A stretch of 63,489 nucleotides of DNA, filler included, from Reticulomyxa filosa (taxonomy: Eukaryota; Protista; Foraminifera): NCBI GenBank assembly GCA_000512085.1. It is 20 parts of 20 records of this genome, joined end to end, with 100 filler letters (N's around TTAATTAATTAA, not from the genome) between each part and the next. Parts side by side here need not be neighbours in the genome. Positions count along the whole stretch, not along the records: positions 35,156 to 38,319 come from ASPP01009888.1; positions 38,420 to 43,633 come from ASPP01011699.1; positions 43,734 to 44,945 come from ASPP01032911.1; positions 45,046 to 46,624 come from ASPP01003444.1; positions 46,725 to 50,134 come from ASPP01004003.1; positions 50,235 to 51,772 come from ASPP01050687.1; 14 more parts are not named here. The stretch is one strand, 5' to 3'. Within the stretch, counting starts at the first letter, position 1. Each line of letters starts with the position of its first letter. The notes beneath the pieces are model-generated. The model ran no database searches, was not told the DNA's origin, and saw nothing but the letters and a program-made list of their open reading frames with translations. Positions 38,141 to 51,335 of this stretch are shown in pieces. The translations under genes and the position numbers were made by a program.

Positions 38141-38496
38141 CAGGTTTGTTTTTCCTTTCTTTTCAATTTTGCATTGAAGTACACGCACATACACACCAAA
38201 ACAAAACAATAGCTTGTATGTGCATTACATAATACTCCCTTGTTATTGTTTTTCTTCTTTTTTTTTTTAATGGAGAGGAACAAAAAGGGCAACTTTATCT
38301 CGAAGGTTCGAGTCAGCGTNNNNNNNNNNNNNNNNNNNNNNNNNNNNNNNNNNNNNNNNNNNNTTAATTAATTAANNNNNNNNNNNNNNNNNNNNNNNNN
38401 NNNNNNNNNNNNNNNNNNNTTTTTTGAGATATACGTACATATACATAAATATGTATGTATACGTTGTGTTATATTATATACACTTATAATAGCTTC

Positions 38497-39105
38497 TCTC
38501 TTGGCATTGAAACATTGTATCTTTGCAACAATGTCAATTATCCTGACAAAATAAAAAAAAACAAATTGGTCCATTTCATTGGTAACATCTTGCACTTTTG
38601 CAGCACTTCGAATCCGATTGATTGGCTGTTCTTCGAAAAGAACAATTTGAACGATTTGGATTTTCATTACATTGTCGATTATGGCTTGCGACGACGCTTG
38701 ATGGTATCATCTTTGCAAATGATGTCTTTTTCAGGAAACGATAATATTAGCGACAAATTCATGCCGTTGTTGCTTGAGGTTATTCAAACTCAATGCCCAA
38801 AGCTGGAGTGGCTCAAACTATCGCAAACCAAAATCAGCGACAAATTTTGTGAATATTTAAAAAACTTTTTTTCTGAAAATCATTCTAAAACCAAGCTACA
38901 TTTTATTTACATTGACAAAAATAAAAGAATTACTAACAAAGGCATTTCTATTTTATCCGACATGATTCAAAAACAATTTATTCCTAAAGTTTATTCTCCT
39001 TTGTTTCGCATTTTTTGTGATAACTGTGGATTTCGAACCCGGCTCAAAAACTGGGATGACAGAATTATTACCTCGCCAAATGATTGGGAAGATCGCGGAT
39101 TTTAA
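38497..39105 (+). CDS. RNI-like leucine-rich-repeat protein, C-terminal part
   Basis: LQMMSFSGNDNISD, CPKLEWLKLSQTKISD and LHFIYIDKNKRITNKGI follow the LxxLxLxxNxxIxD pattern. Confidence 0.7.
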   Translation, partial: SLGIETLYLCNNVNYPDKIKKNKLVHFIGNILHFCSTSNPIDWLFFEKNNLNDLDFHYIVDYGLRRRLMVSSLQMMSFSGNDNISDKFMPLLLEVIQTQCPKLEWLKLSQTKISDKFCEYLKNFFSENHSKTKLHFIYIDKNKRITNKGISILSDMIQKQFIPKVYSPLFRIFCDNCGFRTRLKNWDDRIITSPNDWEDRGF

Positions 39106-39583
39106 TATTTTTTTTTTTTTTTAACAGGTTGTAGAATATATATATATCCTTTTTTAAATTTTTTCTTTCACTTTCCAATTTGGAGGCTTAAGCTTATTTT
39201 TTCTAACAAATTGACAACAAATATGCATTCCATTTCAATTAAAAGCGTTTGATAGCGTAGAACTATCGTTTTTTAAACAGATTATATTGAAGAGAAAATA
39301 CTTTTATAATAGCATTTATTTGACAGTTTCTTTTTTTGAAACCTAGATTGCAAAAACAGAGCCACAGAGAGTGTTGTTATGGAACACTTTTTGATATGAT
39401 TATAATTTTCTCACAAAGATCTTCGCAAAAAAAAAAATCACTCCAAAAGAATCATTTCTTCGAAATATATCTATGCAATTTGAAGTCAATTTTTGTCAAA
39501 CTTTTCAAAAAATAGAAAAAAAAAAAAAATTTTCATTTTTTCTTACAATCTTATTAAAACATTCTCAAAAGAGATGAAATAAT

Positions 39584-41626
39584 TTAATCATTTGGCGTGA
39601 TTCTCTTTGCAATGTGTTCTATCCATTTCAACCTGGGCTGTGCCCCTTTCCACGAAAAATAATAGGAACTATCTATCAGATATCGGTTTAGGATGCCTCG
39701 CATAGTCAGTTTGTGAAGCAAACATAATACATCTTTGGTATCCATGTAAACGCAATTTGGTAGCTTTAATCTTTTGTGAATTCTCGTCCATCTCACTTCA
39801 ATTTCGCGGCCTGTCCAACAATAACTGCCTTGCGAGAAGCAATGTTCAATTGCATATATTTTTGCTGTTTCTTGATCGTAATCGTTAGGTTTGAGATCTT
39901 CTTCATCGAATGTTTCTTTTTCTCGCATCTTTCTTATTTCTTTTTTCTCTCTCCGTCTTATCTCTTTATCTAGATTCTCGTCTTTGTAATATATTGCATA
40001 AGTGTATACGTAATATGGGTATACGTTCCATTTAGTTATTTATTTGTTTATTTTTTTTTGTAGAGTCAGTTGACATTTGTACAAACATGCTTTCTCTGAA
40101 TCACAAAAAACTAAGGAGTCAATCCATATTTTGGGATCTTTTGTCATCAGACAATCCAAGGCAGTTTTGGCTTGTTCGCCCAAATCTTGCCATGTAGTCA
40201 ATGTTGCATCCCTTTCGACGTTTTCTGTACGTATACATATATATGTATATATACTTTCTTTTTTTTGAGTCAGTTTTGTCCTTCTTTCTCTTGAATTGAA
40301 AAAGGATAAAGTATACAAACAAGAAGATTAATGGATTTGTGAGTTGTGTAATATGTGTTCCGAACGAAACGCAAGATGATATTGTCCATGAGAAAGGGAG
40401 AGCCTCTTAGAGTGGCTGTGTCTTGTTTGTGCATCCATTTGTTGATATCAGTGCGCGTGACCAGAGTAGACTCTGGTTTTTTTGGTAAGGCCACATAAGA
40501 GTGCAAGACCTGGGTATTCTGGTCTGTTCGCCTATATAGATCAACAGCAGGAGGCATTGTTGTATAATATCCAATAAAGTGATTTCTATTTCGTTATCGT
40601 TGTCATCCTCATTATCTTCTTTTCCATCACTATCACTATAATCACTATTCTGACTGGCTCTTTTTTTTTTTCGATTTCGTGCAATGAGGTATTTGGCATA
40701 GACGCAAAGCATTTCAATGCTGATGCTTTTGATGAGTATGTGGGGATGTCGACGAACCAAATACTGCTTCCAGGCCTTCAATACCAAAATGGCAAGTCGT
40801 GTTTCGGTGCCAATGAAGGATTCTCTTACGTAATATGTACTCAAAATTGTGAGAGCGGCACTCATATTGCAATGCAAAAAATCAATGTCATCTGAACTGT
40901 GTACATTTGTATTTTGTACAATATCAATGGCGTCTTTATATTGCTTGTAGTGATGCAACAAGTCGCTGGCAGCTATTTTCAACTCATTGTTATTGAGCAA
41001 GTATACGTGCTGTTTGTTTGCTTTGTAATGAAAACAACAATATAGTCGTACTTCATACGTAAATGCTACCAAAATATCGTATTCATATCCTTCGTATTCA
41101 ATTCCCAAATTACGTTTATGGTTGGAAATGATTCGGAAATTACTACGCTGATCTTTTGCCAATTCCTTTGCTTTCTTGTTGACACGGCCCGATATCCATG
41201 CCAATATCTCCTTTTGCACTTTTTGTGCATACCTGACGTCTTTTTGATTTTTTTTTTCAAATGAAATAAAAATATAATATCTCCATCAAACTTGTGCTGA
41301 ATTGCCAATCTCTTTTGCAAACTTCCTCCCAACACTACTCCATACACTCTTCGAAATGCACATCTTTCTTCATATTGCGATGCCTCAATCAACTCTTGCA
41401 CAAAATCATTTGCCGTTTTACACACATTGTCATCCTCATAATTAAAATTTATTTTCTCCTTTATCACTTGCTTATAATAATCATTCACTTTTTTGCTTTT
41501 TTTGTAATTCCCGTCAAGACGGCTCGTTGTTATTAAATGCGTTAGTGGTACCTTCCATGTACACCTTTCCGCTACTAGTCGATCATGTTCTTGACGCTCT
41601 CTTGTCTTTGAGTCTCGTGGCTTCAT
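39584..41626 (-). CDS. 2'-5'-oligoadenylate synthetase (OAS)-like nucleotidyltransferase with a C-terminal extension
   Basis: VVLGGSLQKRLAIQHKFDGDIIF (hGGS..K......DxD), YEYDILVAF (third Asp), RLAILVLKAWKQ, KSISIEMLCVYA, CTLMWPY and PFLMDNII..NV...WQDLGEQA, in the order of the OAS NTase and OAS1_C motifs. Frameshifts fall in poly-A runs at about 41250 and 40480; introns at about 40226-40370 and 39974-40074. Confidence 0.75.
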
Positions 41627-42046
41627 TGTCGACTTCGATTATTTAATTCATTTTTTTAATATTTGCAAATAATGGCTCCAAAAAAAAAAATGGAACAATT
41701 TCATTTTTCTCGCCCCCTTAACTCTACAGACACAATTCAATTGGGGAGAGAGGACGACGTAAATATTAGAACTCTTGTGTGCATATACTTTTTTTTTGAA
41801 GCAGTTCTCAGCAAGAAATGTGTAAAGTGCAAATTTTGACCTGGTCCAAGTTAAAATATTTGTATGAATATTTAATCGTGATGTAATTTCAGCATAAAAA
41901 AAAAAATAAATATGCAGTCTTTTTGAAGGATTTGATGGAGAACGAATGATTTTAAAATTGCGAAGACGTAGCAAGCACTCTCGCTGGCCCCTTTGGTCAT
42001 AAATGCTCAGATTTTTCATTACATAATCGCGTATTTTGAGTATGCA

Positions 42047-43633
42047 ATGGACCTGACAGGCTGTTCATTGGAAGGTCTAACGTTTTCGGCACAGAGTCTG
42101 GAAAAGCTGAGCGTTTTGCATGAAGACACGAGAAGTGACGACAGCAGCGCTGCCAACACGGCAAGCGGAGAGAAGGAAGGCAAAGGGAGGCAAATGTTGA
42201 AATCGTTGGAGAGAGTGTTGGAAGAGGACTTTGACCAGATGTTGGATTACGAAGACTTTGTGGATTTTCTGGACGAGTTGGAAGTGGTATCGTTGGTGCG
42301 TCCGCAGAGAATAAAGGAATACTTCAATTGTCTATCGAACGGTAAGACAGAGTTGGATACAGAAAGATTGTTGAGACATTTGAAAGAGGCGTACGAGTCG
42401 TTTGTAAAACAGAGTAAAGACAAAGAAGAAGAAGAAGAAGAAGAAGATGATGATAATGATGATGATGATGATGATGATGATAATGATGATGATGATGATG
42501 ATGATGAAGAGAGTGTAAGTGACATAGCAAAACTAGTGCAATATGCAATCGAACATATAAAAGTACCCGACAACAATGGGAAAGAAGTGAGTTCAATTGA
42601 ACATGACAATGGACAACGTGGCAAAAAGCCGATAATAAATGACGCGATGTTCAATCGCAAGACCAACGAGAAGGCATTGCAGACGAGCATTTTGAATGAG
42701 ATCGAAAGTGAGTTTATGGAATTGGATGAATCCAATTCTGGAAGATTGGATTTTCCAGAATTTTTGGAAGGCATAAAAACATTTGATGAAAACTGTAATG
42801 AGCAAGAATGCAAATATGTGTTTGATATGTTTGTGCAAATGCAACAACAAATGGATAATTCCATTCCATCTACTTCTACTATTCCATTGTCAAATAACTC
42901 TTGTTTAAACAAATCACTTTCAAATATTACCGAGTTGCAATTAAAACCCTTCTTTGAACGCATTCGCAATTACGCAATCGACTTGGACTCACCCAAAGCG
43001 GTGTTGCATTACATCTTTGAAAAAATGGTCCCCGTGGCCAGACGCAACCGCGACTCGATCATGCTGTCTCGCGTGCGAAGTCACTTAGAGTTCAACGACA
43101 CCGATGACGACGGCACTGTCAGCTTCGACGAGTTCTTCAATGCCCTGTCGAGTTTCAGTGCCATTGCCAAAAAGGACGCCTTGCAAATCTTCAATCTCAA
43201 CACCGCCAATGGCAAGTCTATTCGCATCGACGTGTTCATGGAGCGACTCGACTCTAACAAAGATGATCACGATCACTCCAAGTCCATCGACGCACTATCC
43301 AAGAATCCTCTTCCTCTTCCTCATCCTCATTCTTATTCTCGTTCTTATCCTCATTTTTATCCTCCTCCTCCTTCTTCTTCTTCTTCTTCTTCTTCTCTTT
43401 CCAATCGCAACAGCGATTTCGACTTGTTTATCAAAGACGCCTTTTCCGCTGTCATGTCCGACACCCAATCACGAACAAATAATAATGGCAATAGTGAGGA
43501 CGAACAAGATGATAGTAATGATAACGATGATTATGATAGTCAAAAAGAAGATGAAGATAATGGTGATGGTAATACAAATGATAATGGTAATAATCATGGT
43601 AATAGTAATGGTAATGGTAATGGTAATGGTAAT
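42047..43633 (+). CDS. Multi-EF-hand calcium-binding protein with acidic and Asn-rich low-complexity tracts, 3' truncated
   Basis: EF loops DESNSGRLDFPEF and DTDDDGTVSFDEF plus degenerate hands, in an uninterrupted ORF of more than 520 codons. Confidence 0.85.
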
Positions 43634-44249
43634 NNNNNNNNNNNNNNNNNNNNNNNNNNNNNNNNNNNNNNNNNNNNTTAATTAATTAANNNNNNNNNNN
43701 NNNNNNNNNNNNNNNNNNNNNNNNNNNNNNNNNGAAAATCAATCATCTCTATAAGGTGCCATTTTAGGTCAACTTTATTTTGCATTCTACTGTATTATTA
43801 ATAAAATACAACTAAAACTAAAAAGCAACGTAAATTAAATTGCACAAAAAAAAATTTTCTGAAACAACATAAAAATCACTAACTGAACAAAAAAAAAGTA
43901 CATACACATTTTAAAAAAAGAACGTAACAAAAACGAAAATAAATAAATTAGTCATGCGAACCAATTTTTTTATTTTTGGTTTTTTTTACTTTCTTTTTTT
44001 TTTTTTTGGAAAAACCTATCCGAATGTAAAAAGTAAGTTAATGAAAAAACGCATTTTTATTGATGATAGAGATTCTAAAATGGATTTTTTGTCATATTCG
44101 GATTCTCCATGAAAAATTACACTACAACAAAAAGCATTTAAGAATAACCGATTTGGAGATATGAATGGTTATTAATTTAAAAAAAATGAAATCAAGTAAA
44201 CAGATTCTTCAATATCTACGTAATAGTTTATCTTGAGATTTTCTCTTTA

Positions 44250-44560
44250 TGCAGCTGTTAAAAGATGTTCAGAATTGAAATGCCTAATTCAATTGTACAA
44301 AAATATTATTTGTGCAATGACTTAAGAAACAACAAATTCAATCTGGTGGGTAATTGACTGTTACTTTCAAAAAAACATTGTAAAATGGAATTGTATTCAC
44401 TTTATCATCTTAAGATATTTTAATTATCTTTATTTTCATTAATTTGTGTATTTTTTTGTTGTTCAATTATTTCTTTTTGTTTCACTTGAACTTCTTGTTT
44501 TATTTTTTGAATTTCGATGTCTTTTGATTCCATATCTTTTTTTAATTTTTCCATCTCAAT
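44250..44560 (-). pseudogene. Possible decayed coiled-coil/WD40 family fragment
   Basis: The minus strand reads MEKLKKDMESKDIEIQKIKQEVQVKQKEIIEQ and is then broken by stops. Confidence 0.3.
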
Positions 44561-45095
44561 AAATGTTGCTTTTTGTTTAATTATTATTATTTGCTTGATA
44601 TTTTTGAATCAAATGAGAACAAAAGAAAAACGCATCAAACCTGAGCAAAGCATAATTGTAGATGTCTTTTTGATATTGATTTAGTTGTTGTTTCAAATGT
44701 GCAATCTCTTAATCTTTTTTACCTTTCAATTGTAACTACACTTTAAGTGTTTTTTTTTCCAAATTTAATTTACTAATTTCTTACTATTTTTATTTTTTTT
44801 TAAAATAAGCATATATTTTTTTTTGTTGAAATCGTCAATAAATAGTACTTGACATTGTCGAATAGTTTGTTGTAATGCATCAAATGATTGATAATGAATC
44901 GCAGATTTTAAATATTTGTGATTGCATCCAAATGACTCAAACCAANNNNNNNNNNNNNNNNNNNNNNNNNNNNNNNNNNNNNNNNNNNNTTAATTAATTA
45001 ANNNNNNNNNNNNNNNNNNNNNNNNNNNNNNNNNNNNNNNNNNNNATATATATATATATATATATTCAGAAAATAAAAGAATAAAATCAATAGTA

Positions 45096-46010
45096 ACTTG
45101 TTTGGCAACTTCGGTATTTGCAAGAAGCATCATTTCTTCAACCATACCACTGCTTTTTAGTTCTGCAGCAGGCTCAAAGACCAATACAAAATTTTTCTCC
45201 ACTTGATGATGCGTTTTTAATTCAAAGCGCAGCTTTGGTTCCTTTAATCGAACAGCGCCCTCTGTCAATCTCTTTTGTTTTTTCTTCTCAGCCAATCGAT
45301 ACATCAATTGGATATCTGTCTTTATCTGCTCCAGCGTGGTATCTGATGATATTTTCACGCATTCGTGTAACTCCTTCAATTGTTTTTCGTCGTCTTCGAT
45401 CATAAAATGAGCAGTTTCATAATTCAATCGTGCTTGCGATCTTGTATCATCAACATTAGAACAAAAAGATGTGAGGAAAAAAAAAAGAGAGAATGGAACG
45501 AGCAAGTTAAGTTACCTGATGACAGTGCGTCCAAACCACGGAGATCCCTCTTCTTCCAAAACTTGACAGTTTTCGTCGACGTTGACAAACACTAGAGTGA
45601 TATCACCACAAACAAAAAAATCAATGGGATATCGATCAAATAAGAGCACAAAAAAAGAAGGGAATGTAACGAGAGAATGTCAATCGATCTGCATCCGGAT
45701 TCAAGCTGCACAAATCGGTAGACAAGTGAGTGGGCAGCATATGCAGCACCCGATCCACTAGATATACACTTGTAGCACGATTTCTCGCCTCAGCATCCAC
45801 AAGAGTTCCAGGACGAACAAAATGGGAAACATCCGCAATGTGCACACCAATTCGATATTTATTGGTATCAATTGTTTCAATTGACAATGCGTCATCAAAG
45901 TCTTTGGAATTGGTGGGGTCAATGGTAAATATTCGACTCTTTCTCAAGTCTTTTCTGTTTTCAAAATCTTTTGATGTCACTTCGAGTTTCGAAACGGACT
46001 CTTCCACTTC
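45096..46010 (-). CDS. RNase II/RNB-family 3'-5' exoribonuclease (DIS3/DIS3L2-like) fragment
   Basis: [56 protein letters not shown] and [10 protein letters not shown]. The catalytic DPxxxxDxDD motif is intact. Confidence 0.93.
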
Positions 46011-47574
46011 TTTGGAAAATTGCTTATTATTATTTTTTTCCCACGTTCAAAAGAAAAAAAGCTAAAACAAATGGATCGAATAGTTAAAACAAAGCATTTT
46101 TGGTTTTCCTTCCTGGCTAATTTCGCTTGTGTTTGACTTAATCGAAGTCGAATTAGAAATCACAATGTTAAATATAATAATGAAATGTGGTCCTTAGATT
46201 TACTGACACACGAATTAAGATTGTTTTTCATAAATTTTTTTGAGTGCAAAAATTCATTTCGAACTTTCGCATATTTTTTTAAATAAAATTGGTAAAAAAG
46301 AACAAATGTTGGCACAAAACATTTCACAATAAAAAAAACAATTTTATTCGCTTTCGAATTTCGTCGCCATTTGCTTTTCTGATTTGCGATCTATTGAACA
46401 TAAACAAGCAAAATGTTAATAAGAAAAAAAAAAAATAATGACAAAAAAGAAGAAAAAATAGGTCAGACAAAAATTTGATATCCCCACATTGACTACAAGC
46501 TCCAGGTGGTTTCTGGCCAAACAATTTTGAATTGTTTTTTAGCATCACCTGACCATGCGCAATGTGAAAATTTATTCTTAAAAAAAAAAATAAATTTTTG
46601 CTCATATTGCTTTTTTAAAAGCAANNNNNNNNNNNNNNNNNNNNNNNNNNNNNNNNNNNNNNNNNNNNTTAATTAATTAANNNNNNNNNNNNNNNNNNNN
46701 NNNNNNNNNNNNNNNNNNNNNNNNCGTGCGCCGCCGCGACGTCCACCACGGGCAGGTGCAGCTGCGCCTCCTCGGTTGTAAGGATGCTCATACTCCATTT
46801 GAGTGATTTGATATTTATGTTATTCTCTTTTTTTTCTTGCTTCTTATTGATCTTTTTTTTTTGGAACAATCAATAAACTACGAAATTAATATGCAATATG
46901 CAAATTTTCGAATTACAAACTTGAAGAAACGCAAGACCTGAAAGATCACAAATGCAGTGACAAACATTTCTGATCATATCTTGCTCATTTGTTATTTAGA
47001 TTTAACAGTATTTGTCACAGAATACGTGCTTTTTTTTACTTACAATTCTACTTCACGGTTGGGCTTTACGTACGTCCAAGAGCTTTGGACAAACTTGACT
47101 TGTTTTACAAAATTTAAACAATTCGACATATTGGATTTACATTTCTTTTTATCTTACAATACTACCATCTTTGTAACTTTACAAGCAAAATTTTGCAACA
47201 GGATAAAAACTGGTGCTTTCTTCTCTTTTTTTTGTCCATCGGTTTAATATGTTCTTTATCTGTGTTTAATTGGCAAAATAATAGGTCACCTAAGATGAGA
47301 ATAAAATAAAATTAAAAAAAAATTACCAACAGACTAGGTTGCACAGCTCTGATTAATATGAAATGGTTGTAAAATAGTTCTGCTGCAAGACTAAACCCCT
47401 CTGAATGTTGTCTTGGTTAATGTCTCCGAGACATGTGTCTGTATTGGTGAGTGTTGTTTTGATTGGTGTGACCTGTATAGTTTTGAGCGCTGGCTACAGT
47501 TAAGTGGAAACCAAAGAAAAGTGCTCATTGATTGAACGACAAAAAAACAACAATAACAAAAAAAAAAGTAAAGA

Positions 47575-50134
47575 ATGATTGCATTGACATTCAATATCTT
47601 TGATGATGCTGATATTGATAATCAACAATTTCAACAACATGTTCCAAAGTTGTTTATTAATTACAAATTATTAAATGAAGAATTAGGAATTATTCAATTT
47701 ATTGCAGAGAGAATTTATGATACAAATCCAAAATTTATAAATCTAAAGCCAAGGCTATTTCAAATTATTGAATCATCAAAGAATAGTGAAAATGTTAGTA
47801 TTGCAGCAGCAAATGCGGTACCATACTCAATTCAGCAAATGTTAATATGCATTACAGAGATTGGAGCAATATTAAAATTCCGTATGCAATCTTAGATCAT
47901 GCATTTCTTGAAGGAACGAATTTTAGTAATGCTAAATTGGATAATGTTAGATTTGTGCAGTCTTGCTTAAACAAGGCCAATTTTACAAATTCATCAATAA
48001 ATGGTATTTACTTTGGAGAATATGCATATTTGGAAGGTCATGAAGGTGGTGTATCGGGAATTCAATTTTCACCAAATGGAACAAAAATTTTGTCATATTC
48101 CTATGATCAAACTATTCGAATATGGGACACTTTATCAGGAAAAGAGATTCATTTATTGAAAGGGCATGCAGATCAAATAAAATTAGCACAATTTTCGCTT
48201 GATGGTTCTAAAATTGTATCATGTTCACGAGACAATACTGTTCGAATATGGGATGTATCTTCTGGAAAACAACTTTTATTATTAGAAGGACATTCCAAAA
48301 CAGTGAATGCAGCACAATTTTTACTGAATGATTCCAAGATTGTATCATGTTCAAATGACAAGACTATTCGAATATGGGATGTATCATCTGGAAAACAATT
48401 GCACGTATTAAAAGAACATTCAAATGATGTATGCGGAGTAAAGTTTTCATCAGATGGTTTCAAATTTGCGTCATATTCACAAGATAAAACAATTCGAATA
48501 TGGAACACGTTGACAGGAGAGCAAATTCAAATATTAGAAGGACATCTAGAAGATATAATTCAAGTGCAATTTTTATCCAAAGAACAAAGAATTATATCAT
48601 GTTCAGTGGACAAAACAATTCGAATTTGGGATATATTATCAGGTCAACAAATTCAAATTTTTGAAGGACATTTAGATGCCATAATTGGTATTCAATTATC
48701 ACCAGATAACACAAAAGTGTTATCATATTCATGTGATAAAACAATTCAAATATGGGATTTGTTATCTGAAAAACAAATTCATGTGCTGGAAGGACATACA
48801 GACAGTGTTGCGGCAGCACGTTTTTCATATGACTGTTCCAAAATTGTATCTGGTTCATGGGATAATACAATTAGAATATGGGATGTGTCATCTGGAAGAT
48901 CACTTCAGGTATTAGAAGGGCATTTAGAAGTTGTACGTGAAGTAGAATTCTTTCCAAATGAACCTAAAATTTTATCGTGTTCAGGTGATAAAACTATTCG
49001 GATATGGGATTTAGCTGTAGAAAGAAAAATTCAATTAACAGAAAGTCATTTAGAAACTATAACGGGATTGCAATTTTCACCAGATGGTTCGAAGATTGCA
49101 TCGTGCTCACAAGATGAAATCATTCAATTATGGGATGTGCAATCAGGAAAACAAATTCAAATATTTGAATATCGTCTAGATCGTATACGTGGAATACTAT
49201 TTTCACCGGATGGCTCCAAAATAGCATCATATTCATTTGGTCCAACAATCAAAATATGGGATGTAACTTCTGGAAAACAAATTAAAGTGTTCGAAGGACA
49301 TTCAGGTGTTATAAGAGCGATTCAATTTTCGCCAGATGGTTTCGAACTTGTGTCATGTTCATATGATGCAACGATTCGAATATGGAATGTGTCATCAGGA
49401 AAACAAATCCAAGTATTGAAAGGACATCTACTTGATGTAACTGGTGCACAATTTTCACCTGATAAATCTAAAATTGTATCTCGTTCAAGTGATAAAACAG
49501 TTCGAGTATGGAATGCATTATCTGGACAACAACTCCATGTACTTAAAGGGCATTCAAATGCTGTAATCCGAGCAGAATTTTCGCCAGATAGCTCTAAAAT
49601 TGTGTCGTGCTCATGGGATACAACAATTCGAATATGGGATGCATCTTCTGGAAAACAGCTTCTATTATTAGAAGGGCATTCAAATCGAGTTAATGAAGTA
49701 CAATTTTCACCTGATGGATCTAAAATTGTATCCTGTTCCATGGATAATACAATTCGGCTATGGGATGTACTATCTGGAAAACAACTTCAATTGTTAGAGG
49801 GGCATGCCGAGGGGGTACAAAGAGCACAATTTTCACCAGATGGCTCTAAAGTTATCTCACACTCAACGGACAAAACTATTCGAATATGGGATGTTGTTTC
49901 AGGAAAACAAATACAATCACTAGAAGAACATAATGGAGATATCAATGAAATACAGCTATCATTAGACGGTTCAAAACTGGTTTCGTGCTCCAGTGACAGG
50001 ACAATTCGATTATGGAGCATTGACAATAGTAAAATTGCCAATGTGACTGAAACTGATTTTGTGAAATGCGTTTGGAGAAGGGGTATTCAACGTGGTTTAT
50101 CGATGAAAGATAGCATTTGGAAGAACATAAACGG
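47575..50134 (+). CDS. Pentapeptide-repeat + 16x WD40 protein (C-terminal part typical of NACHT/STAND-WD40 proteins), frameshift near 47820, 3' truncated
   Basis: SIAAANA, then DWSNIKIPYAILDHAFLEGTNFSNAKLDNVRF (pentapeptide-like), then 16 repeats of about 42 aa of the form LEGH...QFSPDGSKIVSCS.DKTIRIWDVSSGKQ. Confidence 0.92.
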
Positions 50135-50259
50135 NNNNNNNNNNNNNNNNNNNNNNNNNNNNNNNNNNNNNNNNNNNNTTAATTAATTAANNNNNNNNNN
50201 NNNNNNNNNNNNNNNNNNNNNNNNNNNNNNNNNNGAGGAAAAAAAAAGAAATGCAAACG

Positions 50260-51335
50260 TAACGTATGCTTAGTAACAATTTGAAAAGGCTGCTTTTTGC
50301 CCATTTCAAATATCACAATGCGCCCTTGATTGGTGCCAACGGCAAAGCATTGTCCACTCGGATGAAGAGAAATCACCAATGCTTGACATTGTTCATTTAT
50401 CTTTACCGTGGCATGGCCTGTTGTTTCTTTTCCATTATTTTGTGTCGCTGAATTTTCTTTGTTGATGACCCTTTTGTTTACTCTTTCGGTCTGACAAAAT
50501 GTGTGTTTGCAAGTACACATTTTGTACATTTCGCATGTAACAGTACAGACAAGAAGTTTACACAATTTTGCAGACAAATGCGATATAAAGCATATACAAG
50601 AGCACAACAGGAATAGATAAATTTGGGAGTGGTATTGCGTTTCCTAAAGTTCTGATCTGTGATCTGCCATTCATAAATGTCGCCATTCGAAAGAGATACA
50701 AACAGCACGTTGTTGTCTTGTGGTTTGAACACGAGCCGTGACAAGAGATCTGGATGTGACAATATCGACAGAAGTTCGCCTGTTTTGTCATTGTGTTTTA
50801 CATGTTTGTCCCTTTAATTATATATATATAAATATATACATAAATATATAAATATATATATGTATATAATACCTGTCTTGGAGTTCCAGATATGCACGTC
50901 TGCTTCACTGACAGTTGCAACTAGCTTGTCGTCTGATGAAACAGCCAAGTCGATAATGATCCCCTACACCAATGTATACATAGGAATGCCAATCGGATCG
51001 ATGAACATGGAAGAATGCAACTAAATAGAATGTAAAAAAAAAAAAACAACAAAAAATGAACTTCATGCCCTCGGAATGATCTGAGCAATTGGCCATTGGA
51101 TGTCTTCCATGTCTTCAGCAGCCAATCATCTGCTCCCTTTTTGGTTTTCAATCAAATCTGATTTGCATATTTTATTACGCCATTATGTAACAAACAAAAG
51201 AAACTGTCCCACTCTCTCTCTCTCTCTCACACACGTTTTCCCAATCTCTTTGTGTATCTTCCACTCAACGGTATAAATTGTGGAACCATCTTTACTAAAC
51301 TCCAAACAAGACGCTGTGTTGGCATGTCCTTGAGT
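50260..51335 (-). CDS. WD40 protein fragment resembling the BRWD1/PHIP N-terminus, multi-exon
   Basis: QGHANTASCLEFSKDGSTIYT|GADDWLLKTWKTSNGQLLRSFRGH|...IIDLAVSSDDKLVATVS...VHIW resembles BRWD-type GH..VYC..FD..G..I.TGADD.LVKIW....G.LL.TLRGH. Later WD exons include SLHPSGQCFAVGT. Confidence 0.6.

Noticed and set aside
36720-41626. Programmed frameshifting or an alternative genetic code to explain the broken ORFs
   Set aside because: Many breaks fall in or near homopolymer runs, typical of sequencing error. Long ORFs and ERH translate normally with the standard code, and TAA and TGA act as stops.
42247-43685. Overlapping ORFs with poly-Ser, poly-His or poly-Leu tracts
   Set aside because: These are alternative-frame readings of the GAT/GAA/TCT microsatellites inside the EF-hand gene.
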